Counted from the stretch's first letter, positions 18,362 to 28,214 are shown. The stretch is DNA of 64,000 nt from Clostridia bacterium (GCA_017483305.1 JAFULC010000055.1:2835-66834), one strand, 5' to 3'. The notes: generated by a model from the sequence alone, not told the origin. Program-made: numbers and translations.

Positions 18362-20962
18362 TTACTTGTAGTTAAGCTCTCCGCCCTGCTCTGCAACGTA
18401 TGCAGCCCATTCAGCATCATTGTAGTTGTAATCCATGATACGGAATCCGCCGAAGCCGTACATAATGTTGTACTCATCGGTGTAGTCCTCTACCTTGTAG
18501 GAGCTGAGTGAGCAAACGGTGGTAACTGCAAGAGGAATTCTGTAGAACTTAGCAAGGAATGCCTCTTCCATCTGAGCTGTGATAGCAAGCTTAACCTTGT
18601 TATCAGCGTTAGCGTATACGCCGGTACCGATCATGGAGTTACCCCATGCCTGCCAGGTCATAGTAACCTCCTCGCCCTCAACTACGAGAGTAAGGGTCTC
18701 GGTGGTAGGATCCCAACAACCAGCCTCGTTGATGTCGTACTGAGTAGGATCGGTGTAAACCTGGAAGTTACGGAAAGGATAGAACGCAGCGCCGCCCCAT
18801 GCACCGTAACCGATAGCATAGAGACCAGCAGCGGTATCGCCGTAACGGTCGTTGATGTTGCCGAGAGGCTCAAGAGTGATGGTGCCGAATCCGGTGCCCT
18901 CAACTGCTGCGTTGAGGTACTTCTGGATAAGCTCGCACTGCTTGGTGTCGTCCTCGGTGAGAGAGCCCTTTGCCCAACCGATCTGGATCTTGATTGCGGA
19001 GCCCTCGGTGTAAAGACCCTCTGCAACGAGCTCCTCGAATGCCTTGGTCATAAGAGCCTTAGCCTCGGTGAGGTTGTAGCCGGTGATGGAGTCGTAAGCA
19101 TCCTCGAGAGTCTCGTAGATCTTACCCTCACCGTACTCTACGCCGTAGAGGTTAACGATAGCCTGCATAGCCTCTTCAGACTTTCTGTAAGAGGAAGAAG
19201 GATCGTTGTAGATATCGTAGTGATAGAGGTGGTTCATAAGCGAGTACGCAGGAGTCCATGCCTGAGTAGCGGTTACGAAGTCTGCTCTATCGATTGCGAA
19301 GGACATAGCCTTACGGAAGTTGTAGTTGTTGAGAACTACGGAGAATGCGTTCTTACCCGAAGCATCGAGAGCCTTGAGGTTATCAAGGTTGGTGTGGAAG
19401 AAGAAGGACATAGTGTATGTCTCATCTACAACCTGGAGTCTCTCGGAAAGCTTATAGTCGTTAAGCTCAGCAGCAGTGGGAGAGTAAGACATAAGCTCAC
19501 CCTTAAGGAACTTCTGCTTTGCAACGTCCTCGGTCATAACGTCGATTACGATCTTGGTGGTGATGTACTGCTGGAGGTACTTGCCGTCAACAGTGAACTG
19601 AGTGAAGGAAACGAGCTTGCCGTCCTCGGTCTTTTCGAAGCCGTACCAGTTCTCGTTCTGCTCGTAAACAACCTGCTTGTTGTCCTCGAATACGGTCATC
19701 TTGTATGTACCGTAGGAGATGGAGGTCGCAAGAGAGGTCATGTAGTCGGTAACAACAAGTCCGTCTACCTCCTTCTTACCTGCCTCGTAAAGGCCCTCGT
19801 GAACGAGCCAGGTGTCGGTGCAGGAGGTGAGGAAGTAGTTGAAGTCGATTGCGGTGTCGCAAACGTAGAGGAAGCTGTAGTCGCCGGTCTTAACGAGACC
19901 AACGCATTCCCAGGTTGCGCCAACATTATCGTTAGCGGTGTAGAGAGCGAGGCAGTATGCAAGATCCTTGCCAACTTCAAAATAAGGACCGTAACCGATG
20001 CCGAGATAGTACTCGTATGCATCCTTAGCGGAGATCTCGTCTACAGGATTGCCATCTTCGTCAAGAAGCTTGTTGCCCTCTGCGTCAACAGCGAAGTAAA
20101 CGGTATCATCGTTCATAGGAAGCCACTGAGGACAATTCTCGCCAGCCTCGTTCTTATAGCCCTTGGTTCCCCAAAGCTCATAGATGTCGACGTAGATAGT
20201 TTCGCCTGCATCAACAGCAGCCTGGTTGGATTCGTACTTAGTAGCAACGCCTACATAGAAGCCCGCATCCTTAGAGTAGTAGTAGTCGAAACCACCTGCA
20301 ATTGCAGACTCGCCGGAGATGTAGAGGTTAGCTCTGTAGTTCTTCATGTCAGGGCTAAGAAGCTGCTGCATGGAGTAAACGTAGGAATCAGCATTGATGA
20401 TGGTGCCGTCTTCCCACTTAGCGTTGGGGTTGAGTGTGAACTCAAATACGTAACCGGACTTAACCTCTTCAGCGGTCTTGCCCTCAGGAAGAGTTACGTT
20501 GTACTTGGTAAGGAGGTCCTGCTTCTGAGCAGTAACGTCCTTGATAGCGGTTGCCATTTCGCCTACCCACTGGTAGAGACCTTCCTCGGTGTCAAGAGCC
20601 TCCATGGTTACAAAAGGAGAGGTAAGGTAACTCAGAATGGACTGGTCAGCATTGGTCTCCCATGCATGGGGGTTCCAGTTGGAACCGAGAGAAATAGCGT
20701 AGCTGTTGTAGGTGTAGTCGCCTACCTTAGCGGTAGGAAGAACTGCATCTGCGGGACGAACGGGAGCGATGAATTCGATCTTTTCGTCTTCTTCACCCGT
20801 GGTTTCGTCAGTGGTTTCATCGCCAACAGTGGTCTCATCATTGTTACCATTGTTAACGGTAGTTTCTTCTCCACCGTTATCGGGGTTCTGGCAAGCTGCG
20901 AGAGTTGCAACTGCTGCGAGCACCATAACAAGCGCGAGAAGAACTGAAATCAGTCTTTTCAT
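18362..20962 (-). CDS. family-5 (peptide/oligosaccharide) ABC substrate-binding lipoprotein, oversized at 866 aa
   Basis: Start ATG 20962 (MKRLISVLLALVMVLAAVATLAAC, a lipobox) with GGAGG upstream. A Thr/Glu/Asn-rich linker precedes an SBP_bac_5-like body. Confidence 0.8.
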   Translation of the reverse strand: MKRLISVLLALVMVLAAVATLAACQNPDNGGEETTVNNGNNDETTVGDETTDETTGEEDEKIEFIAPVRPADAVLPTAKVGDYTYNSYAISLGSNWNPHAWETNADQSILSYLTSPFVTMEALDTEEGLYQWVGEMATAIKDVTAQKQDLLTKYNVTLPEGKTAEEVKSGYVFEFTLNPNAKWEDGTIINADSYVYSMQQLLSPDMKNYRANLYISGESAIAGGFDYYYSKDAGFYVGVATKYESNQAAVDAGETIYVDIYELWGTKGYKNEAGENCPQWLPMNDDTVYFAVDAEGNKLLDEDGNPVDEISAKDAYEYYLGIGYGPYFEVGKDLAYCLALYTANDNVGATWECVGLVKTGDYSFLYVCDTAIDFNYFLTSCTDTWLVHEGLYEAGKKEVDGLVVTDYMTSLATSISYGTYKMTVFEDNKQVVYEQNENWYGFEKTEDGKLVSFTQFTVDGKYLQQYITTKIVIDVMTEDVAKQKFLKGELMSYSPTAAELNDYKLSERLQVVDETYTMSFFFHTNLDNLKALDASGKNAFSVVLNNYNFRKAMSFAIDRADFVTATQAWTPAYSLMNHLYHYDIYNDPSSSYRKSEEAMQAIVNLYGVEYGEGKIYETLEDAYDSITGYNLTEAKALMTKAFEELVAEGLYTEGSAIKIQIGWAKGSLTEDDTKQCELIQKYLNAAVEGTGFGTITLEPLGNINDRYGDTAAGLYAIGYGAWGGAAFYPFRNFQVYTDPTQYDINEAGCWDPTTETLTLVVEGEEVTMTWQAWGNSMIGTGVYANADNKVKLAITAQMEEAFLAKFYRIPLAVTTVCSLSSYKVEDYTDEYNIMYGFGGFRIMDYNYNDAEWAAYVAEQGGELNYK

Positions 20963-21243
20963 GATGAAAATCCTCCAAAAAAATTTTTTATGAGCCAAAG
21001 TGCAAAAAACAAACACTTCAAACTATGACCCATTATACCTCTTTTTTTGAAAATTGTCAAGAGCAACGGCAAAAATCTTTTTTGCTTTGCGCAAAAATGG
21101 GCATTTGGCACATCGAGTTGCAATTAATAAAAATGTTTTTTGTCATTTTTGCACAACTTTCTTGCATAAAAAGATGAATAAAGTTTCATTTTTCCAAACA
21201 AATTTCTTCAATAATTGAATATTTGCGGTTTTCAGAAAAATAT

Positions 21244-21279
21244 TTTTTTGCAATTTACAAATCCAAAAATTGCAAAAAA
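21244..21279. promoter_or_regulatory. perfect 13-bp inverted repeat, candidate operator
   Basis: ttttttgcaattt (21244-21256), 10 nt, aaattgcaaaaaa (21267-21279), in the 423-bp divergent control region. Confidence 0.35.
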
Positions 21280-21359
21280 TAAGCATAATCAGCAAAAAAG
21301 AGGGCTCAGTGCGCAACAATCAGATCCGTCAAATTCACAGCTTTCGGCTTTGTTCACAG

Positions 21360-21385
21360 AATATTAGCATTTTTGTGCTAATATT
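21360..21385. promoter_or_regulatory. perfect 10-bp inverted repeat upstream of the DUF362 gene
   Basis: aatattagca-tttttg-tgctaatatt, 55-80 nt before ATG 21440. Confidence 0.35.
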
Positions 21386-21439
21386 AAGTTATCTGAATTT
21401 ATTATAACCAAATTCCACAATATCAAAACGAGGTAACCG

Positions 21440-22597
21440 ATGCAAAAATACGACGTTTCCATAATTCCCTGCGACAGCTACGACTCGCAAGAGGTCAAAA
21501 GCGCGCTTTTAAGTCTTCTCTCACCCATCGGGGGCTTGGATTGGGTCAAGGAGGGCATGAATATAGTCATAAAAGCCAATCTTGTAACCTTTGCGCATCC
21601 CGACGAGGCAGTTACCACTCACCCCTCGCTTATTTGCGCCCTTATTGAAATGTTATGCGAGCGCGGCGCAAAGGTTATAGTCGGCGACAGTCCCGGAGGA
21701 CTTTATAACGCTGCATTTCTCAATCGTGTGTACAGCGTATGCGGTCTTGGCGCAGTTGAAGCGGCGGGCGGCGAGTTAAATCACGATTTCGGGCACAGTG
21801 AGGCTCATTTTGAGGATGCCAAGGTCGCGCACGACTTCACATACACCGCATATCTCGACAAAGCCGATGCAATAATCAATTTCTGCAAGCTAAAAACCCA
21901 CGGAATGATGGGAATGAGCGCCGCCGCGAAGAATATGTTTGGCGCGATCCCCGGGACTATGAAGCCCGAATATCACTTCAGATACCCCAATTCCGCAGAT
22001 TTTGCGCGTATGATAGTCGACATCGACGAATATTTCGCGCCAAAAATAAAGCTCTGTATCGCGGACGCTATAATAGGAATGGAAGGAAACGGTCCGACAA
22101 AGGGCACTCCCAGAAAGATCGGATGCATTTTAGCCTCCGAAAATCCGCACAAGCTCGATCTGGTCTGCGCCAAGCTGATCGGTCTCTCCTCCGACGAGAT
22201 CCCCACGCTTGGAGCGGCGCGCGAGCGCGGTCTGATCCCCGAAAGCATTGATGAATTAAAGCTTTTCGGCGATCTCGACTCGCTTATCGTACCCGATTAT
22301 CAGAATATTGCAGTCAAAAACAGTCTTCTGTTTGACAACAGATCCAAGCTTTTCGGCAAGATCGCCAAGCTTGCGCTCGAAGCAAAGCCGACTCTCAAGA
22401 GTAAAAAGTGTAAGGGCTGCGAAAAATGCAAGCAGATATGCCCCGCGCAAGCGATAAAAATGGTCAAAAACAAGCCTCAGATAGACCGTAGCAAGTGCAT
22501 AAAATGCTTTTGCTGTCAGGAATTCTGCCCGTTCGGTGCTATGGACGTTCACCGTCCGCTGTTAGCAAAAATACTAACCAAGCAAAAAGGCAAATAA
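21440..22597 (+). CDS. DUF362-family protein with C-terminal 2x[4Fe-4S] ferredoxin domain
   Basis: CKGCEKCKQICP and CIKCFCCQEFCP cluster motifs. The N-terminal 300 aa have the DUF362-like pattern (VIKANL..., VGDSPGG). Confidence 0.7.
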   Translation: MQKYDVSIIPCDSYDSQEVKSALLSLLSPIGGLDWVKEGMNIVIKANLVTFAHPDEAVTTHPSLICALIEMLCERGAKVIVGDSPGGLYNAAFLNRVYSVCGLGAVEAAGGELNHDFGHSEAHFEDAKVAHDFTYTAYLDKADAIINFCKLKTHGMMGMSAAAKNMFGAIPGTMKPEYHFRYPNSADFARMIVDIDEYFAPKIKLCIADAIIGMEGNGPTKGTPRKIGCILASENPHKLDLVCAKLIGLSSDEIPTLGAARERGLIPESIDELKLFGDLDSLIVPDYQNIAVKNSLLFDNRSKLFGKIAKLALEAKPTLKSKKCKGCEKCKQICPAQAIKMVKNKPQIDRSKCIKCFCCQEFCPFGAMDVHRPLLAKILTKQKGK

Positions 22598-22665
22598 TTA
22601 AATTTCAAATATACTTAACAAAAATGCGTATAATATCTGTATCTGAATGAAAGCGAGGAACGGAT

Positions 22666-23418
22666 ATGGGCATTTTACTAAAGCTTTCCTTTTTATTTTG
22701 TATAGGCTGCTCGGTCGGTTGGGTGTTGGAGCTATTCTTCAGAAGATTTTTCTCCAAGGAAAACCCCGAGCGCAAATGGATAAACCCGGGATTTCTTTCG
22801 GGTCCCTGGCTTCCGCTTTACGGCTTCGGGCTCTGCCTTCTCTATCTTTTGGCAGGACTTGAGCAATATATCGCAGGCAACGGATGGCTCGAGAAGGCGT
22901 TTTTGTTTCTGATAATGGCAATTTGCATGACCGCGATCGAATATATTGCAGGCATTTTCTCGATCAAGGTGCTAAAGGTGCATCTTTGGGACTATTCAGG
23001 CGAATGGGGAAATTTGCAAGGGATAATCTGCCCTCGGTTCTCTTTATTTTGGGCAATTCTCGGCGCGATCTACTACTTTTTCATTCACCCAAACATCTTG
23101 TTGGCGCTTGACTGGTTATCAAAAAACCTCGCTTTCTCCTTTGCGATAGGCTTTTACTTCGGTTTTTTCACCGTCGACGTCATTTATTCCTGCAATCTGC
23201 TCTCCAAGCTACGCAGATTTGCAAAGGAGAACAATATCATCGTCAAATATGGCAAATTCAGACGAATTTTGCACGATGCACTGGAGGAACGCCAAAGGAA
23301 AAGAAGCTTTTTCCTACCTCACCGCACAAACAGACCGATCTCCGACCATCTTAGCAGCTATCTCGAATGGATAAAATCAAGCGTTACACCCTCAGATAAA
23401 AACAGCCGAAACCGTTGA
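22666..23418 (+). CDS. polytopic membrane protein (putative ABC-transporter type IV / CmpB-like family)
   Basis: 250 aa, about 6 TM helices, N-terminal GWVLELFFRRF motif typical of that family. Confidence 0.55.
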   Translation: MGILLKLSFLFCIGCSVGWVLELFFRRFFSKENPERKWINPGFLSGPWLPLYGFGLCLLYLLAGLEQYIAGNGWLEKAFLFLIMAICMTAIEYIAGIFSIKVLKVHLWDYSGEWGNLQGIICPRFSLFWAILGAIYYFFIHPNILLALDWLSKNLAFSFAIGFYFGFFTVDVIYSCNLLSKLRRFAKENNIIVKYGKFRRILHDALEERQRKRSFFLPHRTNRPISDHLSSYLEWIKSSVTPSDKNSRNR

Positions 23419-23442
23419 TTTATAACGGTTTCGGCTGTTTTT
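23401..23442. terminator. bidirectional terminator
   Basis: aacagccgaaaccgtt-gatttat-aacggtttcggctgtt, a 16-bp stem between convergent genes. Confidence 0.8.
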
Positions 23443-24124
23443 AACGGCAAGCGTCGATAAACGCGGTAAATATTTTGACCGACGACTCATCCTTATCGTA
23501 GAAGAGCTCGGGATGCCATTGTACACCCAAACAAAACGGGTGCGACGGCGCGTGATACGCCTCAATATAGCCATCCTCGCTCACGGCATCGCAGGCAAGA
23601 GCGTCGGCAAGCCTCTTCACGCACTGATGATGATACGTATTGACAAGTAAATTTTCCTTTCTCATCAAGGCAAACAGCAATCCATTCTTGTCAAGTGCGA
23701 CCGAATGGCATTGTCCGTCTCTCGCTTCGCCTCGGTTTTCGGTGTGATCCTCAATATGCTGATGCAACGTGCCTCCCAAAAGCACGTTTATAATCTGCTC
23801 ACCGCGACAAATACCCAAAATCGGCTTGTTCGTCGGGTAAACGGCACGGAACATTCTGCTTTCAAAAAGGTCTCTTTCCGAACTGATGTTCGCAGTTTTT
23901 GGGTGCTTTTCTTCATTATAGTACTGAGGGTCAACGTCTCCGCCTCCGCAAAACATAAATCCATCGAAAAGCTCCACGTATTCCTGTATCTGAGCATCAT
24001 CCTCCGTATAAGGCAAAACAACCGGCAAGCCGCCGCTTTTCCATATCGCATCGAGGTATTCTTTATTCAAGGACATCAAATACCCCTCTTTGCCGCACAT
24101 AAGCGCTATTCTCGGTCTGTTCAT
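23441..24124 (-). CDS. class-I glutamine amidotransferase / gamma-glutamyl hydrolase (peptidase C26, PuuD-like)
   Basis: ILGICRGEQIIN (nucleophile Cys) and LGVQWHPE (His/Glu). Start ATG 24124 (MNRPRIAL) with GGAG upstream. Confidence 0.8.
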   Translation of the reverse strand: MNRPRIALMCGKEGYLMSLNKEYLDAIWKSGGLPVVLPYTEDDAQIQEYVELFDGFMFCGGGDVDPQYYNEEKHPKTANISSERDLFESRMFRAVYPTNKPILGICRGEQIINVLLGGTLHQHIEDHTENRGEARDGQCHSVALDKNGLLFALMRKENLLVNTYHHQCVKRLADALACDAVSEDGYIEAYHAPSHPFCLGVQWHPELFYDKDESSVKIFTAFIDACR

Positions 24125-24172
24125 TTTTTCTCCATTCTGCCGCATTGACGGCTCTTACTAATAGACAACGAT

Positions 24173-24199
24173 GGGAATGATCCATACTGGATCATTCCC
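24173..24199 (-). terminator. hairpin downstream of CDS 24224-24889
   Basis: gggaatgatcc-atact-ggatcattccc, an 11-bp stem. The U-tract is only moderate on the minus strand. Confidence 0.45.
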
Positions 24200-24223
24200 A
24201 TTTTCTTTGTTGCAAAAGGCAAA

Positions 24224-24889
24224 TCAGCCTCTTCCAACCACAGTGATAAAGTTATCGACCAGCTTTATCGCATCGGGCACGATATAGCACGCAAACGCGC
24301 ACAAGATCAGCGCCGCCAACGAAACGAGAAGCACCGATCCGATGTTGGCACCCTGCTTGTCAAATTTTATCTCCGCAGCATAGGTTTTTTCTTTAGGTAT
24401 ATAAAAATGCATCGTATTGCAGTCGCGTACGAACTCGGGGGCCTTGAATTTGGGAGGTTTCTTTTCGCCCTTGTGCAATTCCTCAAATTCTTCTCGCTTT
24501 TTGTTGATTTCGGTCACAAATTCGTCCTCCTCAACACAGCGAACCCAACGCCAGAGCGTTCCGCCCGTCTTGACCGCGCCACGCACGCCCGGGCTCTTCA
24601 GGTATCCCAGATCATACAAGGTTTTTGCCGAATCCTTATCAAAGCATTCCTCGTAGACTATCTTTCTGACGAAATCACCAAGATAGCGCTTTGAATACAA
24701 CGTACTGATGGATGCAACAATAATTCCGATAGTAATGCCTATAATTACCATCCTGATCGACACCAGAGCGTTACTTTTTACCGTGAAATTCTCGAGATAA
24801 GGAAGGTCGACCGAAAAATAGTTTTCAACAATATACTCCCAAAGCTCCTCGAAAAGGCTCTGATTGCCCGAAAGCGCAATATTCAGCAT
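24224..24889 (-). CDS. hypothetical membrane protein
   Basis: 221 aa with two TM helices flanking a charged soluble domain. No recognisable motif. Confidence 0.6.
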   Translation of the reverse strand: MLNIALSGNQSLFEELWEYIVENYFSVDLPYLENFTVKSNALVSIRMVIIGITIGIIVASISTLYSKRYLGDFVRKIVYEECFDKDSAKTLYDLGYLKSPGVRGAVKTGGTLWRWVRCVEEDEFVTEINKKREEFEELHKGEKKPPKFKAPEFVRDCNTMHFYIPKEKTYAAEIKFDKQGANIGSVLLVSLAALILCAFACYIVPDAIKLVDNFITVVGRG

Positions 24890-24916
24890 ACACAGTCTCC
24901 TTTCGGGTGTTGGATT

Positions 24917-26197
24917 TTATTTTTTGATAACGTCGGTTCCAACGTACTTGCGAAGAACCTCGGGAACGGTTACGCTTCCGTCGGCGTTCTGGTTCTGCTC
25001 TACAAGTGCAGGAAGGATTCTCGACGTCGCAAGACCGGATCCGTTAAGAGTGTGGATGTATTCGATCTTGCCATTTGCACGTCTTACTCTCATCATTCCG
25101 CGTCTTGCCTGATAATCTCTTGCGTTGGATACGGAGCTGACCTCCTTGTAGCCGTCCATAGAGGGAATATTGATCTCAATGTCGTAGGTTCTCGCCATAG
25201 AAGCCGAGCAGTCGCCCGCCGCAAGCTTAACGGTTCTGAAATGGAAGCCAAGACCGCTTACAAGGTTTTCGGCCTTGGTTACAAGCTCATCAAACGCCGC
25301 ATCACTCTGCTCGGGCAGGGTGAACTGGAACATTTCGACCTTGTTGAACTGATGTCCGCGCACCATTCCGCGCTCGTCCGAGCGGTACGAGCCCGCCTCG
25401 CGACGGAAGCAGGGAGTGTAGCTGAACATCTTCTTCGGAAGGTCTGTTTCAGTGAGAATCTCTTTTCTGTAAAGGGATGCAAGCGCCGCCTCCGCGGTAG
25501 GAAGCATATAGTGAATTCTGTCGTCGGTGGGGTTTTCTATCTTGTAAACCTCATCTGCAAACTTGGGGAACTGTCCCGCGGTAACGCCACACTCATATTC
25601 AAGCATGTGGGGAGGAAGAATGAACTCGTAGCCATCGGAAATATGAGTGTCAATAAAGTAATTGAGCAAAGCCCACTCAAGACGCGCGCCCATTCCGCGA
25701 TAGATCCAGAAGCCCGAGCCTGCAAGCTTTGTTCCTCTTTCATAGTCGATAAGACCAAGCGCATTGCAAAGATCAACGTGGTTTTTAGGCTCAAAATCAA
25801 ACTTTCTGGGCTCGGAGAAGAAGCGAATAGACTCGTTATTCTCCTTTCCGCCGGGAAGAAGGTCTCTGTCGGGGAGGTTGGGAAGCCCAAGCATCCAGGA
25901 TGTCAGCTCTGTCTCAACGCCCTTGAGGATCTCGTCGTTCTCCTTTGCCTTTGCGCCAAGCGCTCTGGACTGCGCGAAGATCTCGGAGGGATCCTTTCCT
26001 TCCTTTTTATATTGAGGAATAAGCTTTGTGAGCTTATTCTGCTCCGCCTTGATAGCCTCAGTCTCGGTTATCAACGCTCTTCTTTTTGTGTCAAGCTCAA
26101 GGATCTTGGCAACGTCCTCTGCCGCATCCTTTCCTTTTGCCGCAAGTCTTTCAACGACTTCCGCAGGGTTTTCCTTTATATAATTTATATCAAGCAT
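24917..26197 (-). CDS. serS: seryl-tRNA synthetase
   Basis: N-terminal coiled-coil arm plus class-II core (FRREAGS, GSGLATSR). 426 aa. Confidence 0.95.
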   Translation of the reverse strand: MLDINYIKENPAEVVERLAAKGKDAAEDVAKILELDTKRRALITETEAIKAEQNKLTKLIPQYKKEGKDPSEIFAQSRALGAKAKENDEILKGVETELTSWMLGLPNLPDRDLLPGGKENNESIRFFSEPRKFDFEPKNHVDLCNALGLIDYERGTKLAGSGFWIYRGMGARLEWALLNYFIDTHISDGYEFILPPHMLEYECGVTAGQFPKFADEVYKIENPTDDRIHYMLPTAEAALASLYRKEILTETDLPKKMFSYTPCFRREAGSYRSDERGMVRGHQFNKVEMFQFTLPEQSDAAFDELVTKAENLVSGLGFHFRTVKLAAGDCSASMARTYDIEINIPSMDGYKEVSSVSNARDYQARRGMMRVRRANGKIEYIHTLNGSGLATSRILPALVEQNQNADGSVTVPEVLRKYVGTDVIKK

Positions 26198-26233
26198 TTT
26201 TCTTGTCCTTTCAATGATATGTTATGCGATTTA

Positions 26234-27121
26234 TCAGGAATTAAACAATCCCTTACCGCAGATAAGAGTAAGAAGCTCCTCGAGATCGGCATCATTATCA
26301 AACGTAAGCTCAACCGTCTTCTTCTTGGTCGTCTGATTGATCTTTACCTTTCTTCCGAGCTTATCCATAACTTTTCTTTCAAGGTCACGCATATAAACTC
26401 TTCTCTGTACCGACTCGTCGCCCGTGGATTTAAGGGTTTCAACGTCCTGCTCGGCAATCATTCGTCTTACGATCTTTTCAACCTCGCGCACAGAAAGATC
26501 TCTTTCATGCACCTTTTGAGCGAGATTTATCATCTGATCCTCGTCATCAAGACCAAGAATAGCTCTTGCATGACCGTTTGTGATCTTTCCTTCCTTTAAA
26601 AGAGAGAGCACCTCGTCAGGAAGATCAATAAGTCTGAGCATATTAGCTATCGCAGAGCGCGATTTGCCCACTTCTCTCGAAAGCTGCTCCTGAGTCAAGC
26701 CGAAACGGTCGACCAAAGCCTGATAAGCAAAGGCTTCTTCAACGGGATTAAGGTTTTCGCGCTGAACGTTTTCAACAAGCGCGATCTGCGCAACCTTAAG
26801 ATCATCTCCGTCCACCGTTATCGCGGGAATCTCCGAAAGACCCGCCATTTTGGCAGCTCTCCAACGGCGCTCGCCGGCAATTATCTCGTAAGTGCCAACA
26901 AAATCGGTATTTTCCCTGACAATTATAGGCTGAAGCACGCCGTGAATGGATATAGAATCAGCAAGAAGCTGCAGGCTTTCCTCGTCAAAATCCTTTCTGG
27001 GCTGGTCTCGTCTGGGTTCAATGTCGTTAATTCTTATTTTTGAAACAGAGTCTTTTTTGTCTTCGATCATATTATCGTCGAGAATCGAATAAAAATCTCT
27101 GCCAAGTCCTCCTCTTGCCAT
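26234..27121 (-). CDS. parB: chromosome partitioning protein ParB/Spo0J
   Basis: QPRKDFDEESLQLLADSISIHGVLQPIIV and GERRWRAA ParB boxes, plus an HTH (LTQEQLSREVGKSRSAIAN). Confidence 0.95.
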   Translation of the reverse strand: MARGGLGRDFYSILDDNMIEDKKDSVSKIRINDIEPRRDQPRKDFDEESLQLLADSISIHGVLQPIIVRENTDFVGTYEIIAGERRWRAAKMAGLSEIPAITVDGDDLKVAQIALVENVQRENLNPVEEAFAYQALVDRFGLTQEQLSREVGKSRSAIANMLRLIDLPDEVLSLLKEGKITNGHARAILGLDDEDQMINLAQKVHERDLSVREVEKIVRRMIAEQDVETLKSTGDESVQRRVYMRDLERKVMDKLGRKVKINQTTKKKTVELTFDNDADLEELLTLICGKGLFNS

Positions 27122-27138
27122 TGCAATTCTCCTTTATA

Positions 27139-27900
27139 TTATATTCTGGACGCAAGCTCTTTGGCAACCGACAGATACTCGTCCGCGCCCTTGCATCTCT
27201 TTTCGTGATAGTATACAGGCATACCAAAGCCGGGCGCCTCGGAAACCTTTACTCCCCTGGAGATCTTCGTCTTGAAAAGCTTGTCCGCATAATGCTTATT
27301 AAGCTCGTTTATAACCTGAAGCGACAGCAACAGTCTGGAATTATACATCGTTACAAGTATTCCGGTTATATTAAGCGAATTGTTGTAGTTCGCCTTTATT
27401 CTATTAATAGTAACAGTCAACTGTGAAAGACCCTCGAGCGCATAGAATTCGCACTGCATAGGGATGATGATTCCGTCGCTCGCAACCATAGCGTTTACTG
27501 TAAGCATGCTCAGAGAAGGAGGACAATCGACGATTATATAGTCGTAGTCATCCTTTATTGTTGCCAAAGCATCCTTCATTATTCTTTCAGCGCCGTCTTC
27601 TTGATACAAATTGTACTCCGCACCGGCAAGCGCAATGTTTGCAGGAATGATGCTGAGGTTTTTGTATTCAGTCTCAAGGATCGCATCTTTTGCCTCAATA
27701 TCCCCGAGAAGTATGTCGTTTATAGAGTTTTTTAAGCCTTTTTTTGATATTCCAACGCCGCTTGTAGCATTTCCCTGGGGGTCAAGATCTATCAAAAGAA
27801 CCTTATATCCCAGGATTCCCAACGAGGCCGCAACGTTGACCGCGGATGTGGTTTTTCCAACTCCGCCCTTCTGATTAGAGAAAGAAATTATTTTTCCCAA
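27139..27900 (-). CDS. parA: chromosome partitioning ATPase ParA/Soj
   Basis: Deviant Walker A NQKGGVGKTT. 253 aa. TTG start at 27900 with AGGAGG upstream. Confidence 0.95.
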   Translation of the reverse strand: MGKIISFSNQKGGVGKTTSAVNVAASLGILGYKVLLIDLDPQGNATSGVGISKKGLKNSINDILLGDIEAKDAILETEYKNLSIIPANIALAGAEYNLYQEDGAERIMKDALATIKDDYDYIIVDCPPSLSMLTVNAMVASDGIIIPMQCEFYALEGLSQLTVTINRIKANYNNSLNITGILVTMYNSRLLLSLQVINELNKHYADKLFKTKISRGVKVSEAPGFGMPVYYHEKRCKGADEYLSVAKELASRI

Positions 27901-28029
27901 ATCGGTTTCCTCCTAGATTTTTGTGTGTTTGAATACATTATACTATACTTTTGCAACTTTTGCAAGAGGTTTTGTTAAAATTATTTTGAAATCCGCCAGA
28001 TTTGTCAACTTTTTAAGCGTCGGGCACTT

Positions 28030-28045
28030 TGTTTCACGTGAAACA
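28030..28045. promoter_or_regulatory. parS site (perfect consensus)
   Basis: TGTTTCACGTGAAACA, a 16-bp palindrome matching the Firmicutes parS consensus. Confidence 0.85.
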
Positions 28046-28115
28046 CGTCCACCCGAGCCTTACGTTCGAGGTTGTTTCGCGTGAAGCGCGCCCATGTGAG
28101 CTTCGCGCTCAAGGT

Positions 28116-28131
28116 CGTTTCACGTGAAACG
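28116..28131. promoter_or_regulatory. parS-like site (14/16)
   Basis: CGTTTCACGTGAAACG, a perfect palindrome differing only at the outermost positions. Confidence 0.65.
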
Positions 28132-28198
28132 CTATCTTGGAAATTATCCTTACGCCACCGCTTCACACGAAACGCCCCAAGAAGCCACCTCCGCGCAC

Positions 28199-28214
28199 TG
28201 TTTCACGTGAAACA
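28199..28214. promoter_or_regulatory. parS site (perfect consensus)
   Basis: TGTTTCACGTGAAACA. Confidence 0.85.

Noticed and set aside
21017-21439. Possible oriC, given the origin-proximal genes in the window. I also looked at 27901-28272, 53481-53668 and 55088-55311.
   Set aside because: I found no cluster of TTATCCACA-type DnaA boxes, only isolated 6-7/9 matches such as TTGTTCACA and ATATCCACA. No dnaA gene is in the window.
24125-24153. The GC hairpins upstream of the GGAATGGAG SD motifs as terminators of the preceding genes
   Set aside because: The U/T-rich tract lies 5' of the stem on the transcribed strand, and none follows it. Separate, better terminators exist upstream in at least two cases (51846-51870 and 24173-24199).
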